The notes: generated from the letters alone by a model not told the origin. 64,000 bases of DNA from Thalia democratica (GCA_965202585.1 OZ241832.1:56296001-56360000); one strand, 5' to 3'; positions 12,908 to 26,339 are shown, numbered from the stretch's first letter. Translations and numbers: made by a program.

Positions 12908-13738
12908 ATGTCTTTTAATGAAGAAAATACGCAGTTGGAATCTCCATCATCGTTAACCAAATTTGAAGATGAAGAAGATGCACAAGATGAATTTATTGAG
13001 GTAGTTTGGAAATATTTAGATTTTTTGCAAGAGATAGCAGAAAAATTAACGGTAGTAGATGAAAGCGAAAAAGAGAGAGAAAAGAGAAAATTCACAGCTA
13101 TAAAAAAGGAGTTGTTTAATTTTCTTATGGCACATAAGAAGTTTTACGACATGAATGAAATAACAGTCGAGCTAGAGGATGGTTCAGTTGTATACAAAAA
13201 AACATTAAATATCATATACCATGGCAATGAATTTATAAAGTTGGAAGACATTATAAAAATTAATGAAGTAACTGATGCAACTGAAGAAGAAACCATACGG
13301 ACTTGTATAAAACGTCACATAAGAGAAGTGCTTGACGCTATTAGATTAAAACAAGGAAAGTCAGTCTTAACAATGCAAGATATTCACCAGTTTTTGCAGA
13401 ACAATTTATTAATTGAAAAAGGCGATTTTAACACCAAATGCTCAAACTATGCAGACCTACGAGATTACATGGGACAAAGAGTTAAAGACTATTGCAATGA
13501 AGAAGTATCTGTTGAAAGTATAAATCAGATGTCCTTTAGGTTTCAAGGATCTATCGAAAACAACGAAGATGAGGAATCCTGCCCGATTTGCTTAAATGAT
13601 TACGAAACAGATCAAGAAGTTTGTCGTTTACCGTGCAATCATTTTTGCTGTAGAGATTGCACGGAGATAATGTTTTCGCCTAACGCAGGATTATCGTCAA
13701 ATTTTTTGTGTCCAATATGCCGAGATGATTGTACTTAA
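12908..13738 (+). CDS. Intronless RING-finger protein (putative E3 ubiquitin ligase), 276 aa
   Basis: Uninterrupted ATG-to-stop ORF with an acidic N-terminus. C-terminal CPIC-x14-CNHFCCRDC-x14-CPIC gives a C3HC4-type ligand pattern in an LPCxH context. Confidence 0.85.
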   Translation: MSFNEENTQLESPSSLTKFEDEEDAQDEFIEVVWKYLDFLQEIAEKLTVVDESEKEREKRKFTAIKKELFNFLMAHKKFYDMNEITVELEDGSVVYKKTLNIIYHGNEFIKLEDIIKINEVTDATEEETIRTCIKRHIREVLDAIRLKQGKSVLTMQDIHQFLQNNLLIEKGDFNTKCSNYADLRDYMGQRVKDYCNEEVSVESINQMSFRFQGSIENNEDEESCPICLNDYETDQEVCRLPCNHFCCRDCTEIMFSPNAGLSSNFLCPICRDDCT

Positions 13739-14639
13739 CTGTAATTTTTGTGAGCTTTTATAAAATAGCTAAAAAAGAAACTACATTTGTTTTACATAGA
13801 ATAGCCTCAAGTTTGTATTTTGTAAGAAAACTTAAATTATGTAAACATAAAAATTTTGATTATACAGTTTCGTTGTTTTCTTGAAATCTTTTATAAGTTG
13901 TTACTACGTTTTATTAAAGTTTTTAGGTGTATTGTAATTAGAAGTACGTCTGTATTGCTAATTACCCTTTACTCTATTATTACTTTTATGTTAAACACAT
14001 TTTCACTTTATAAACTAAGTTTAAAATTTTATATTAATTGCTTATTATTTATTTGATGAAATAAGCATGATATATACATTGTTCTGAAAATTTGAGTCCT
14101 GTGTATATTTTTTAAAAGAATTTGTTAAAGTGTCAAATAAATTTCTTTTTAATCTAAAAAAGATTTATATTTAAAATAATAAATTCTTTAGTTAACTTTG
14201 AATTTAAATTTGAAAAATCAATGTTATATAATAAGTACACAAATGAATCAAGTTACTTATATTTATGTCATTAAGAAGATACGATTTAAATAGGATTGAG
14301 TCTTTATAGTAGAGATCACTCGTGACATAATTTAAAAAGCATCAACATAAATGAATAACACTTATTTAAAATGAAAGGATTGAAATAAAACTAAAAACTT
14401 TTTATTGAGTAGTTTCTTCAAAATCTTCAAATAAGTACCAATTGAAGTTAATAACAAATAAAACTTTTACTACATTAAATATCAATGTGATTAGATGTAT
14501 TGTAATTTGGTACTTTAATCTAAAATTTAATATCTATAACTTAACAATCATACTGTTCTTAAAATGTTTTGTTGCTGATATAGAGAGTTGTAAAAATAAT
14601 TCTTATATAACTCCTAACAATTTTTCAAAATTTTTTCTA

Positions 14640-15006
14640 AGTTAATAGGTTTGATACCAACTCAAAATACTCAGGACACTAATGATATTTTGAAATTTAT
14701 GAAAATCTCTGGATTACTCAGTATAACTCAGTATATATTTGGAATTTGTTTTTTTCAAAGCTCAAACTCACTCAGGATAGTTTTGTTTTTAATAAAAAAT
14801 TCAGGATAGTTTTAAGACTTCTGAAATCTCAGTCCAGTTTTTCTATATATTGAATAAAATTTAGTTGCTTTTTTTTCAAAAATAGTTTTTTTCATAACCA
14901 ATTTTTTAAATAACTTTATTTTCTTGATTTGGAAACTAAGGGTTTAAAAATGAGTCAGTTTAAGGTCTATAATGACAGTATTTTTGACTCAAAGAGTGGC
15001 AACCTT
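14640..15006. mobile_element. Partial non-autonomous DNA transposon (CAGGGTTGCCAC-type TIR family)
   Basis: Ends in gagtggcaacc (~14994-15004) with repeated ctcag/ctcaa subterminal motifs. Its reverse complement resembles the left end of 35082-35808. Confidence 0.45.
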
Positions 15007-15101
15007 GGATTAATTATAAGTATTTGATGATTTTGTTGAAAAGCCTCATTGAGGGTAAATACATGTTTATAAAGTTTTTCATAGTTATCTGCAAACATAT
15101 A

Positions 15102-15465
15102 CAGGGTTGCTAAAAACCTTGGAATCCAGGATAAACTTAAAATCTAAGAAATTTTAAAAGAAACGTTGAATTATGAACAGAAATCGATATAAAACCTGGA
15201 ATTATAAGCCATTTTTACATGTAAAGTTATGAAATTTTTAATTTACACAACAAAATTATCTTTTAGATAACTTTCTTTTTTATTTATAATTTTTTTATTT
15301 TATGTAAAAACATTATCCAAGTGTCTTTTTAGTATTTTTATAAATTTTGTTTTACTATTAAAGACTGTTTTTCACCTTAAAGCTATTTTTATACTAAAGA
15401 TAGACCAACAAACTTTTACTTTTAAAAACTTTAACGATATTTTTAAAAAAATTTTGGCAGCCCTG
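15102..15465. mobile_element. MITE, hAT-like, TIR cagggttgc / gcagccctg
   Basis: TIRs at 15102-15110 and 15457-15465; flanks catata / cacata (degenerate TSD). Confidence 0.65.
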
Positions 15466-15617
15466 CACATATCAATTGTCATGACCTACACAAATATATT
15501 ATATGCAACTTTGTCAGAAAATTGTTTTTATTTTCTGTAAAATTATCTCAAAAATTTTGTCACTTTATGGGACCCATGCAAATATTTTGATCTATTTAAT
15601 GACTACTAAATGGAAAC

Positions 15618-17360
15618 GGGTCAAAATTGCACGAAGACAAAATTGCACATGGGAGTTAACTTGCATGGAAACAAAATTGCACAATGGTACAAAATTGCAC
15701 AAGGACATTTTTAAGCAAGGGTCATTTTTCTACGAGAGTAAAAAAAACAGAAAAAAAATAATACAAAACACAAAAAAAAACTAAAAGATGAATCAATGAA
15801 AAAAAATAAGTTACTGACCGAGGGAAGGAGCTAGGGACAACAGTTATAGTAAAAATAAAAAAGAAAATTATAATAAAAGTAAAATGAACCTATAAAAATA
15901 ATTTTAAAAAAAGTAACCGACCGCCGGTAAGGGTTAGGGGTAACAGTGATAGTGAAAATAGTTTTCTTTTTATTTTAAAACTTAAGATTATTAATAGAAT
16001 TATATTTAAAAAAATCAACCAATCTAAAGTGCCTTCGTGTAATTTTGTGCCCTCGTGCCAACTTAACTTTACTAAATATTAAAACACCTATGGGGTCTTT
16101 TGGTTTAAAAGTATAAACTTTTCATTTAATTAAAGATTAAAAATAGGATATTTAATTGTTTAACTAATTTCTTATAATTTTAAATTTAAGTTATATTAAA
16201 ATAGTAAGTTTAGAATTTTTACTTGAATAGAAGATAAATATCAAAACTTGCTTTTCAAAAAACCTGGAAGAAATTACTCAAGTACTTTTAACAACTCTAA
16301 AACTATCATTTAAGTATCTTTCAAATATTTTTATACAGTTTAAAGCAACTTTTTAACTTTGATTTTAACTCATACTAGAAATGGACAAAAACACTTGTAC
16401 TTTTAGAAATATGCAAGAAATTCAGAAAAACTTAAATAAATTTTAATAATATATTAGGCAATCCTGATTATGTTACGAATAACACAATAGCAGAGTTTAA
16501 GCTGACCTTAGTTTTAATAGTTGAAATTATAACTGTATCAGATATAACTAAGTTTTCAATTTAAGAAGTTTTCTTATGAACTTAAAATTTTAAAATATTA
16601 CTATTAAAAATTCTAAAAAGAAGCCATAAATGATCTTTATCGGATTATCGTAAAAAACATATTTTCTTGCTGTCAACTAGCCATTCTAATAACTTGAGTT
16701 CAGTTATTAGTATTAAGACGAACTCACATTTAAGTTTTGATTTACAGTTTTGTTTTTTTACAAAGAGTTAAAAGCATATAAATTCTTGGGTAGCTGTCTA
16801 AACTACAAAAGCCTACAAAATCGCACGAGGGAACAAAAATGCACGATTGCACAATTTGCACGAAGATACTTTTAAACGGGGCAGAAAATTTTGCACGGAG
16901 ACAATTTTTCACTAGTTAAATTTTTTTTTAATATTTTCTAATTTCTTAATTAATTTTAATCTTTTTTTTAGTTGTTTTTAACTTTTTTTCTTTTATTTCA
17001 ATGTTACCCTTAACCCTTACTCTCGGTCGGTAGTTTTTATTTTATTTTTATATTTTTTATTAGTTTTTTTTCAAATTTTCTTAGTGATTTTTTACTTTTT
17101 ACTATCTTTGTTACCCCTAACCCTTACCATCGGTCAGTAACTTTATTTTTTATTTTTTTTTGTTTGAAATATTTTTTTACAAATGTAACTCGTTTAAAAT
17201 TGTCCCTTGGTGCAAAATTGTCTTCTCGTAATTTTGTTCCCTCATGTAATTTTGTGCCCTTGTGCAAATTTGGCTTCGTGCAATTTTTTGCACTGGTGCA
17301 ATTTTGTTCTCGTTCACTTTAGTCCCCTCGTGCAATTTTGTCTTCGTGCAATTTAGACCC
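15618..17360. mobile_element. Foldback-like pair of inverted MITE arms with tandem AAAATTGCAC(R) subterminal repeats
   Basis: Left end gggtcaaaattgcacgaagac (15618); right end gtcttcgtgcaatttagaccc (17360). Arms 15618-16065 and 16815-17360 are inverted relatives, each with about 10 aaaattgcac-type units and a gggttagggg/cccctaaccc motif. Confidence 0.75.
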
Positions 17361-18266
17361 ATTTTTTATATCTATATTCCTATATCTTAAATTTAAAAAG
17401 TTCCAAAAGAGATTAAGGTCATTAGTCTGTAATCTTTTATACCTACTATTAATTTTCAATAGAAGTCAAATATCTTAATATGTTCTTAATATTTAGTTAT
17501 TTAATTAAAGAAATTTATATCTAATATTTAGAGCTTTAAAAACTTATTTTTATTTAACAATTTACCAACTAAAGACCAAGCCTAATTTATACTTAAGAAA
17601 TTAAATATCTAAAACTTAATGCTAGCTTAAAAATAGGACTATTATAATGTTAAAAATAACTAACTTGAGAAATAAATTTTGCTTTATATATAGGTTTCGC
17701 ATATAATTTTTTTTATGATATCTAGTTCAATTAATTAAACCCCAGCAACTTGTGTTACAGTACATAATTTTACTAAAACATTTCAAAAACATTAAGATAA
17801 ATCTTAAACAAAATTAAAATTTATTTTTTCTATACATTCAATCTAGTTTGAAATTACTATATCTTCGGCAAATTTTATTAATAAAAACAGTTTACTAGTA
17901 CAATTCAGTAACTTAAAAAAAATTATAATTAATTTATGATGTTTGTAAATTTGTTTGAAGTAATTAAAGTAAGATCTAATATTTGGACTTTTTTTTAAAG
18001 TTCCTACGACTTTTACCCTGGTTATAATTAAATTTGGGAAAAATTCCTGTTAAAAAAATTTCAACTATAGTTTTCTAAATAGCTAGTACAACATAAATTG
18101 TGTTTTACTACGCTTAATATATAATGTAAGTAGAAAGAATATAAATTTACAACAAATAAATACTACTTAACCACTATTAATAAAAATAATTATTGTTTAC
18201 TTGTAATCTAGATTTAGAAAACAAAAATAAAACTGGTAAAAGGTTAAAATTTGAAAGGTTGTGGAC

Positions 18267-18730
18267 TAGGCTACTTTATATAAATCAGACAGACAGTTTT
18301 GAGTGATAAATCTTTTATATAAAACACAACAAGAAATATTAGCATATACAAAACTATAAATTACTATGACAAACTTTTTAGAAACTAAAAGCTATTTAAA
18401 TCTATTTAAAAGACTTTAAACAATAAACTAAACATAAAAATAACACTTTTAGTAAACAATTAACTTTAAAAGGTTTAACAAACTATCAAAATATAAACCT
18501 GGCTTAAATGTTCTAACAATAAACCACCAGTTGAAATATTAACTTTAAAACAATACTAACAATAAACATTCAAAAATCAGTTCAAATATGTTGTTGCTTC
18601 CAGCTGCACACCAAACTAACTGCTTACATATATCTGCCTGTCATGTTCTGATGTTTAGTTGCATCAGAATTAGTTTGAAACACGTCAGATGATTCTCATT
18701 GGCTAGTGCAATGAAGCGTATCTAACTCAA
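18267..18730. repeat. Inverted copy of the 7672-8128 repeat
   Basis: Direct reverse-complement match, e.g. ctactttatataaatcagacagacagttttgagtgataaatcttttatataaaacacaac. Confidence 0.7.
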
Positions 18731-20559
18731 AATATTCTCTGAGCTCAAGTTTATACAATGAATAATGCACGTATTCATTACAAGGTAATATATTTTGTCT
18801 TATTTGGGTTTATCTTATACAAATAAACAATTATGAGTTTTACAGTGGATTTCTAACATTTATAAAGTAATTATGTACCATTAAAATTATTAATTTTTTT
18901 AATTTCATGAAGTAATTTACATATATCACATATTTGAGTCAGCTAATGCACTAAATTTAAACTAATGTTTTATTTAAAGAGTAATTAGTAGTTTCATTTT
19001 AATATAACTTTTTACTAAAGTAAAAGTTTAATTTTATTTTATACCAGTTTTATCTTTAAATGTATAAAAGTTTAAATATTAATAAAAATGTTATAAAAGT
19101 TCCGATTTTTTATACTTTAACTGTTTTGATTTAGCAACGAGTAATTTGTCAATAAACAATCTTAAACTACAAGATTTTACTCCATAGCCAGTTTAGTAAA
19201 AACTTACTTTAGTATTTAAAATAAGCCATTTTTATACACAAATACAGTGACATTTCAACGACATTCTCTTAAAGATCTTCTTTTGCATTTAGATATTTAT
19301 TCTTAAATCAAAAAGTTGTTTAGTTTTGAGTTCAACTTTTTATTAATAAAAAAAAAATCTAAATCTTTCAGTAAAATTAAATCTAACAATGTTCTAGTAG
19401 TAATAATGTACATAATTATTCGGATCAATATCATTTTATTTAGATGGTAAGATAAAAAAAAAGCTGTTTTATTGTGATTTTAGTAATAACGCGGTCAAGT
19501 TATTTAAATTACATGATAAGTTTTTAATGCACTATAACTAAAATTTAACAAGAAATATAAATTAAAATTATGCTTATAAGATAGCAAGAAATAGCTATTA
19601 TATAGCCAAATTAAAAACTCGTAATTTTTTAAACAAATAAAAATTTACGGCAAATATTTTGTTCTACAAGAAAGTATTATGGATAGATAGTGTATTTGAA
19701 TATAATTAAATTTTCAATCAACAATTTAAGTTGCAGTCCTTAGATGAGTTATTATTTTTCATCATCATGTGTTTATAATAATAGATAGACAGAATACAAT
19801 TTTTTATAATGTGATTAATTTTTAGAAATGTGGCACCCTAAAATATTTTTAAACTACATTTTGTACAATTATGTGATTTACTAACCAAAAAGTTACTTAA
19901 ATTTACGATAAGAAGTTTTATATTAACGATAAAATGCAATTAAAGGAGTTCTTTTTTTAAAGATAAAAATTTAACAAAAAAAAATTTTTTAAAGGAAATT
20001 AAAATTGATAAATTTTTTTTTTTAAGTTCTTGAAATACATTATTAATGTGTACATTTCTTTTATTCATTTAAATACTTAAATGGTAAGGTATTATTGTCG
20101 AATAAATGTTAAAATGGTAATGATTTTTGAGTAATTTTTTCTGCATCTCCTTTCGAAAATGCCTCAGAAGTTTACTTAGAACTTGGTTTAAAATATTTAA
20201 AAAACTATAGAAAACCTTTATGGCGCTGTATTAGGGGTGGGCGATGTTTTTAGACAGTTGATTTCACTTGCATCTCATTGCTTTAAATGTTGAATATTTA
20301 GTTTTTGTTATAAATGTCAATTAAATATATATTTAGTCATAATAAAATGCACACTCATTTACTTACTATTTATACTTACTAGATGCTACTTTAGTTACTC
20401 TATACAAATCAGACAGAGAGTTTAAGTTATGAATCTGTTCAAAAATATTAACCACAATAAAATAATTTAAGCACTATTTCTCACATACAAAATTTATTTC
20501 ACTTTATGTTCAAATTAAGTATAAGTTTATTTAGTGGATATTTAAAAATAATAACTAGA

Positions 20560-22150
20560 TAATTGTTTTTGAAAATGTACAAAATAAACAAGTTTCATCA
20601 GTTGCTGAATGAGTGCGTCAAGTCATTCCCGTACGAAGAAGAAGACTAATATTAGATTTTAGCTCAACAAAAAAAACCCTGATATCTAAAACATTGTAAA
20701 TAAATAAATAATTAGAGACAGCTCTGAAACTCAAAATGATGTTGAGTATTTAAACTCTAAAAACCTGGTAGTTGTTGCAGAAGAGGGAAATAAGCAGGTT
20801 ATTTTACCAGACCAACTTTGACTAATAGCGTTTAATAAATCCTGGAAAGTTTGGCTCAGCAAATGAAACGTTATGAAGCAAAGTGTGGCAGCTGTTTGAC
20901 AAACAGGATTTTCTCATCGACCAGCTGCACTTATAATCTACAACAAAAGTAAAAGAAAACTTGCTAAGTGGCTGAATATTAATAAAGTTTTAAATCGAAT
21001 TTCTCTATTGCAATCGTTGTTATAAAATTACAAAATATAAAGTAAAACTTCAAAAGAACAATTTAAAAAAATTAGGAGTTAGAAATGAAATAAGATTCCA
21101 AACGCTTTTATTGTTTTTATTTATCAATACAGGTCCTACAGAACTAAACTGCACCAAAAAATTAAACGTTGCCACACATACATGTTTCATAATACATATT
21201 ACACGAAAATAAAATAATGCTTCAAGCTGACATTATGTTGCACTGTTAAAGACAGTAGTGTGAAATAGAAAGGAGCTTTTAACAAAGAAGTTATTGAACT
21301 GCAAAGACTCGGTGTTCCAAACCACAAATACACCAATAAAAATAGGAGAACTAAACTTAGTCTAAAACAATCTGGTAATAGTTGTATAAAACTTAAATCG
21401 TAAATATCAATATGAATAACACTTTTTTGAACATATCTAAAATATTGAATTGCTGCTTATCAAACTTATGTTTAGGTAAATAATTTTCGAAATTTAATAT
21501 TTTAAAGCTATTAAAATGTTGCTTTTAAAACAAATTTTACTTAAAAAGAAACTATGGAACATCTGTTAGACGAAAACAGCAACATTGACTTCAGGACGCA
21601 CAGATGAGGAAGGTGGCACCGTTTCGGCTCTATAAGAATGCTTTAATAACATTGACGCATGTTATTGTTGTATTCATGTAGAAAAAACATTTCACACAAA
21701 CTTGAAAGTAATCTTAACTTAAAATTTTTGCTAACTAGTTTGACTTAATGTAAAATCATAGAAGAATTAAATGATAAATATGCTTTTATAATAAGCTCTG
21801 AATATTACATTAATAGTAATGAAAATGTTCAAGATTATGTAAAAAAGATCTATTCTAAACCTAAAATTTTGTAATATACCCACTAAACAAATTTTGTAAA
21901 TGCAGTAGTGTTCTGCAACAACGAACAATTGTGCACAGTCAGCCAATGCTAAAATAAAAAATCATTTAGAACTTGAAACTTTACCTCCTTAGAATTGATT
22001 GATAGTTTGAGAGAATTAAACAACCATCAACCACTTCAAGCAAATTTTGAATTGAAAAGTATAGATAAAGAATTTATAGATTGTTTGTATGAATAACTTT
22101 TTGAAAATGACCTTTTTTCTTATTCAGTTGAAGATAGTAATATCCAACCA
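20560..22150 (+). pseudogene. Older copy of the MULE-like mosaic module repeated at 41-60 kb; includes an EVE-empty site
   Basis: Shares blocks with 48970-49300, 53560-54060 and 44690-45260. Contains ttatcaatacaggtcctacagaactaaactgc (21121) without the viral insert, and an NNCAQSANAK-type MULE C-terminal remnant near 21920. Confidence 0.6.
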
Positions 22151-22979
22151 ATTAGAACTTTAATTAGAATTTAAAATTAAGAGGGGAAGCATCAGAATTA
22201 TGAACAATAAGGTTTACGCTTTGTCATCAGATAAGGTTAGTTTTTATCCTATATCAGCATTATCCACAGCTCATAAACCCTGCAACGGTAATAGGAAGAC
22301 TGTGTCTTCTGAGAAATGATAAATTTGTTTTATTTAACCATTTGAAAGAGCTTTATTAAATGAGGTAAAACTACAGTTGATGTAATTTAACTGATATTTA
22401 AACTGTAACATTTTTGTTGCATGGTAAAAGTTAACACTGATGTACTTTTGCTCATTTTTCAATACTTTACTTTCTCTTAAATTAGACATAAACTAAGTCT
22501 GATGAAGATATGAGCTGTTTAACATAGCAAAGTAGAATATAAAATTATTTAACAAGCAATAAGTGAAAATTTTAAGAAAATAAACTGATAACAACCTTTC
22601 AAAGTTTATTTAACAACAGTTCTTCAAATAACATTCCAGACCAACTTGAAATTTAATCGATAATAAAATGGATGATTTCTTATATAAAAAATTCCTGAGT
22701 TTAAAGTTGCAATCATAGTAATGAAATTAACAAAAACTCTTTAAAATTTTTGAATGAACAGTGACAAACAAGATATAAAAAGGGATCATATAAATAACAT
22801 CAAATTATTTATTTTTAGCTTTTTCAGTCAAACCATCTGCACCATATAGTAAAAAGAGAAATTTAGTTATTCTATTAGGATTTTCAGATAGATTGCTTAC
22901 CTCTTTAAAAGGTCTTTCAAAAATCCTTGACATTGTAAACCAGTTTGAATGTTGTTTTTTGAGTTGAGCTGTAATAAAA

Positions 22980-23378
22980 AAGGAATCTCATTGCTCTTTC
23001 AGCACTTGCCTGTGAGCTTTTTATGAAAACTATAAGGATATATCAACTTATACCACTGTATAGAGCTAGTGGCTCGGGGAAAAATTTGCTTGGTAACTTA
23101 TTTACTCCTGTATACACAGCAACTCTTCCACCACATGCTAGTTGAATTGGGAAATTTAGCTTGTCTGTATTCAATAAATGCATTTAAGTTGATGAAATAG
23201 ATTTTTTAATTAATACAAATACATTTTGATGAAAATTTGCTTCCACCAAGTGTAACGGAACTGGGAAAGTATGCTAATGAGATTGACCGCACTTTTAATC
23301 AAAACAAATGTTTGTGATCCGTTCGATAAAATAACATCAAACAAAGATGCAATAAGGAGATTTCTTCAAATTTAGATG
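22980..23378 (+). pseudogene. Decayed superfamily-3 (SF3) helicase fragment, small DNA virus / Polinton-like origin
   Basis: Walker A-like LYRASGSGKNLL (core 23068-23085), Walker B-like CI*VDEID about 35 aa later, ELGKY (motif B'-like), then in a shifted frame LLIKTNVCDPFDKITSNKDAIRRFLQI (motif C hhhxTN plus arginine-finger RRF). Contains stops and frameshifts. Confidence 0.55.
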
Positions 23379-23669
23379 ACAATAGTAATATTTTAGAATT
23401 CTTAAAAGGAATTTTGAACAACTGTAATTTTAAATAATTACTATATTACATAAATTATTTATATATGGTTGCACAAATTTCATCTTATAAAATATTAAAA
23501 AGTTTTAAATTAATTTAAATTAAATATACTTACTAAATAAAATTTAAATTTTTAAGCTTCATAGGTAATAAACTTAATTGTCTATGTGCCATACAGCATC
23601 AATAAGCAAACAACCACTTAATATTGAATAAAGATAAGTTTCTTTGCAAGATTTATTTAAATAATAATA

Positions 23670-23895
23670 ATTTAGTTAAAGACCATTTCAAAATTTTATT
23701 ATCAAAACAATGTTTCACTCACTTGAACCTAGTCTAACGAGATTATCAGTTGAAAAAATCTTATTCAAATAGAATTAGATTTTAGAATTAAACAAGTTTT
23801 CTATTTGAATAAAATTTATGATCTTGTTTGACTAGGTTCAAGCGAGTGAAACATTTTTTGGTAATAAAATTTAAAATTTTGAATTGATCATTCTC
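23670..23895. mobile_element. Small hairpin MITE with ~70 bp inverted arms
   Basis: aatgtttcactcacttgaacctagtctaacgag (23709-23741) is the reverse complement of cttgtttgactaggttcaagcgagtgaaacatt (~23824-23856), with further pairing outward. Confidence 0.6.
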
Positions 23896-23989
23896 CTTTT
23901 AATTAAGTTGAGAAATTTGATTTTTATCTTTAAAGTAAAAAGTAAACAATTAAAGATCCGCAACGAATCTAAAACCTTTGAGAAAACTT

Positions 23990-24560
23990 TATGATTAATT
24001 AGAGTTTCAATAAAAAATGTCAAAACTTGGCCGACGGGCTACAATTTATCAAAAATCAATTAAAATTAAGACAACTCAACAAGGAGGCGCTGCCAGTTGT
24101 CTACCAAAATCTAACAAATGCTTGGGTTGATCATGTTATTTTTCAAGAAAAGTTTCTTAGCTGGTTTTTTTCTGACTGAGAGAACTTGGACAAGAAGAAA
24201 GTGTTTTTTTATACTTAAAAAATTCCTCTAAACATCCGAGTGAGGAGGAACTAATATCGCCTGATGGCAAAATAACTGCCAAGTTTCTGCCTCCAAATGT
24301 AACTGCAATCTTACAGAAAATAGATCAACGTGAGCTTGTGTCTAACAGAAAATCGATTTTAAGAGATTTTGTTTTGCAATCAACTTTCAACATACAAGAT
24401 TATTAAAAAAGAATCAACATGATAAAAATTGTTGTTACCATCTGCTTGAAATATGGTACCACCTTCTGCAATAAAAAACTATGAAAGAAATTGTTGCCAA
24501 TACCAAACTCTTACATGCGATGTTTTTCCTTTGGATGAAACTAAATATAGCGAGTTTAAT
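23990..24560 (+). pseudogene. pogo/Tigger (CENP-B/DDE_1 family) transposase fragment
   Basis: LPVVYQNLTNAWVDHVIFQEKF...KHPSEEELISPDGKITAKFLPPNVTAILQKIDQ matches the Tigger LPVxY..NAWM...HP....DG.I...FLPPNTT.LQPxDQ signature; contains stops. Confidence 0.85.
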
Positions 24561-25199
24561 TTAAAAACTGGATTCTGACCCACTACTTGAAATTATTAAA
24601 TTTAAAGAAGAGTAACTATCCCAAAAAATCAATCACATTAAAGAAATTTCATGTGTCTTTTTAATATTTTTTAATTCATTAAGAAGCTTTAGAAATTATT
24701 AAGACAGAGTTAAGAAATGCCAAATTTATAAATTTTTATGTTGTTTGAAGCATTAGTTTAATCAACAAATAAAAAGTCAACATTTTACTACTCCATTTGT
24801 TTACAAAGTATAAAAATCCTTTTCAAATGACAGTGATCTCCTTGATACAGTAATTGATGTGATTTTAACTTATTATACCACACTCTCAATCAAAACTTTT
24901 CTAGGTAATTTACTTCAATTGCTAGAGAAACATACCAATAAGTCAAATCAAGTCAAAAAAGTACAGTGTAGTTATTCATGGGGTTTAATGAATTCACTTA
25001 TAAGAAAATCTAATAAATGTGACACCAAAACCTTTATTCAGCATTTTTTTAATCATTTTAATTCAGTGTTCTCTGCAGCAAAGAATTCTGTACAAAATTT
25101 TCACTTTGAAAAAACAAATGGTAAAAAGTTATTTATATTGTCCTGTAATATTTATATTTATATTTATAGGTTACCATTTAGCTTTTTTACCCATGTGGT

Positions 25200-26330
25200 C
25201 TGATGTTTATGAAGTTTATACTGTAAAGAACAATAACACCAAAGCTAAGTGTGGAAAACTAGTTTGGTGTTAAAAGAAATAATGTTTTTGAAAATAAAAT
25301 ATACAACTGCAAAATTGTTGTTTTAAAACTATATATAAATTGAAACCAGCAATGTATTCATAGAAAAATTACTTTATCTATGCAAAATGTTAGTAAGAAT
25401 CAAATTAAGAATGCTAAAAGATAATTAGATAACAGCAGTTCATCTTTAGCTGCAGAGATGTGGTCTAAGAAGGGAGCTACAAGTTATCCCAGATAAGACT
25501 TAAACAAACTATTATGTTTCACCTTTAAATAAGTCGTGTTTAATTAAGATAAATCTTGTTTAAATTTTTTTTACAAGTCATTATACAACAACCACAACTA
25601 CTTTGAATCAAAATAGTGTATCAAATCAAAGGCCATGTATGGAAAAGTTAAGTAGCTGGTAGTTTGAAAATTACAAAACATTTGGTAAACAAGAAACCTT
25701 CCACTTTATTGAAATGAAATATTAGTATTAAAATGTTTTTCCAAATATGCAGGTATCATTTTCATTTGAATAAGTGATACTTTATTTTTAAATTTTTATG
25801 TACTTTTGACTGAAAGATTGAATAGCAAAACTAAAGCATTGTACAAAGAATTGATAGAAAAATTTCGAAAGCATTTTGACTAAAAAGGGTAAAAAGATCA
25901 CATTAACAGAATGAAATTTTATTTGTTACATAAAAACTTTCAAAATTTATTAAATAATAGATTCAAACATTACTTTCTTGAAGAATTTGAAAATGTTAAA
26001 AAAGAACTGATAAGCTGATAAGACCTCAGAATTTAAGCAAAATATTATAGGTGCTACAAAGGAAGCAGAGAAGAAAGGTGCCAATACAGCAATTTTAAAA
26101 GAAAAGGAGTTTTATGTTCATGTAAATATTCAGTTTGAGAATCTACATATATCTTACAAAATATTATTTATATAATACTTAACTTGTATTATTCTACATT
26201 TACAGGATCTAAACTCCCATATGACACCATTATAGAACAAGAAGAATTTGATTTTAAAACTGTCAGCAGGGATTTAGAAATTAATATTAACACTTTTTAT
26301 GCAAAGTTAGTAAATAATTTTAACTGAGGT
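25200..26330 (+). pseudogene. Degenerate hAT-type transposase fragments
   Basis: SSSLAAEMWSKK (25435) resembles the SLTxDxWS first-catalytic-Asp motif, and the block recurs at 43025 and 54930. Downstream pieces look like a C-terminal region. Confidence 0.4.
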
Positions 26331-26339
26331 CCTTTCATA

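Noticed and set aside
15618-15710. Regularly spaced aaaattgcac repeats as a CRISPR array (also 17210-17360 and the ttccaggttttt repeats at 27980-28110)
   Set aside because: Units are ~10 bp with very short non-unique spacers, lie inside TIR-bounded MITEs, have no cas genes nearby, and the context is eukaryotic.
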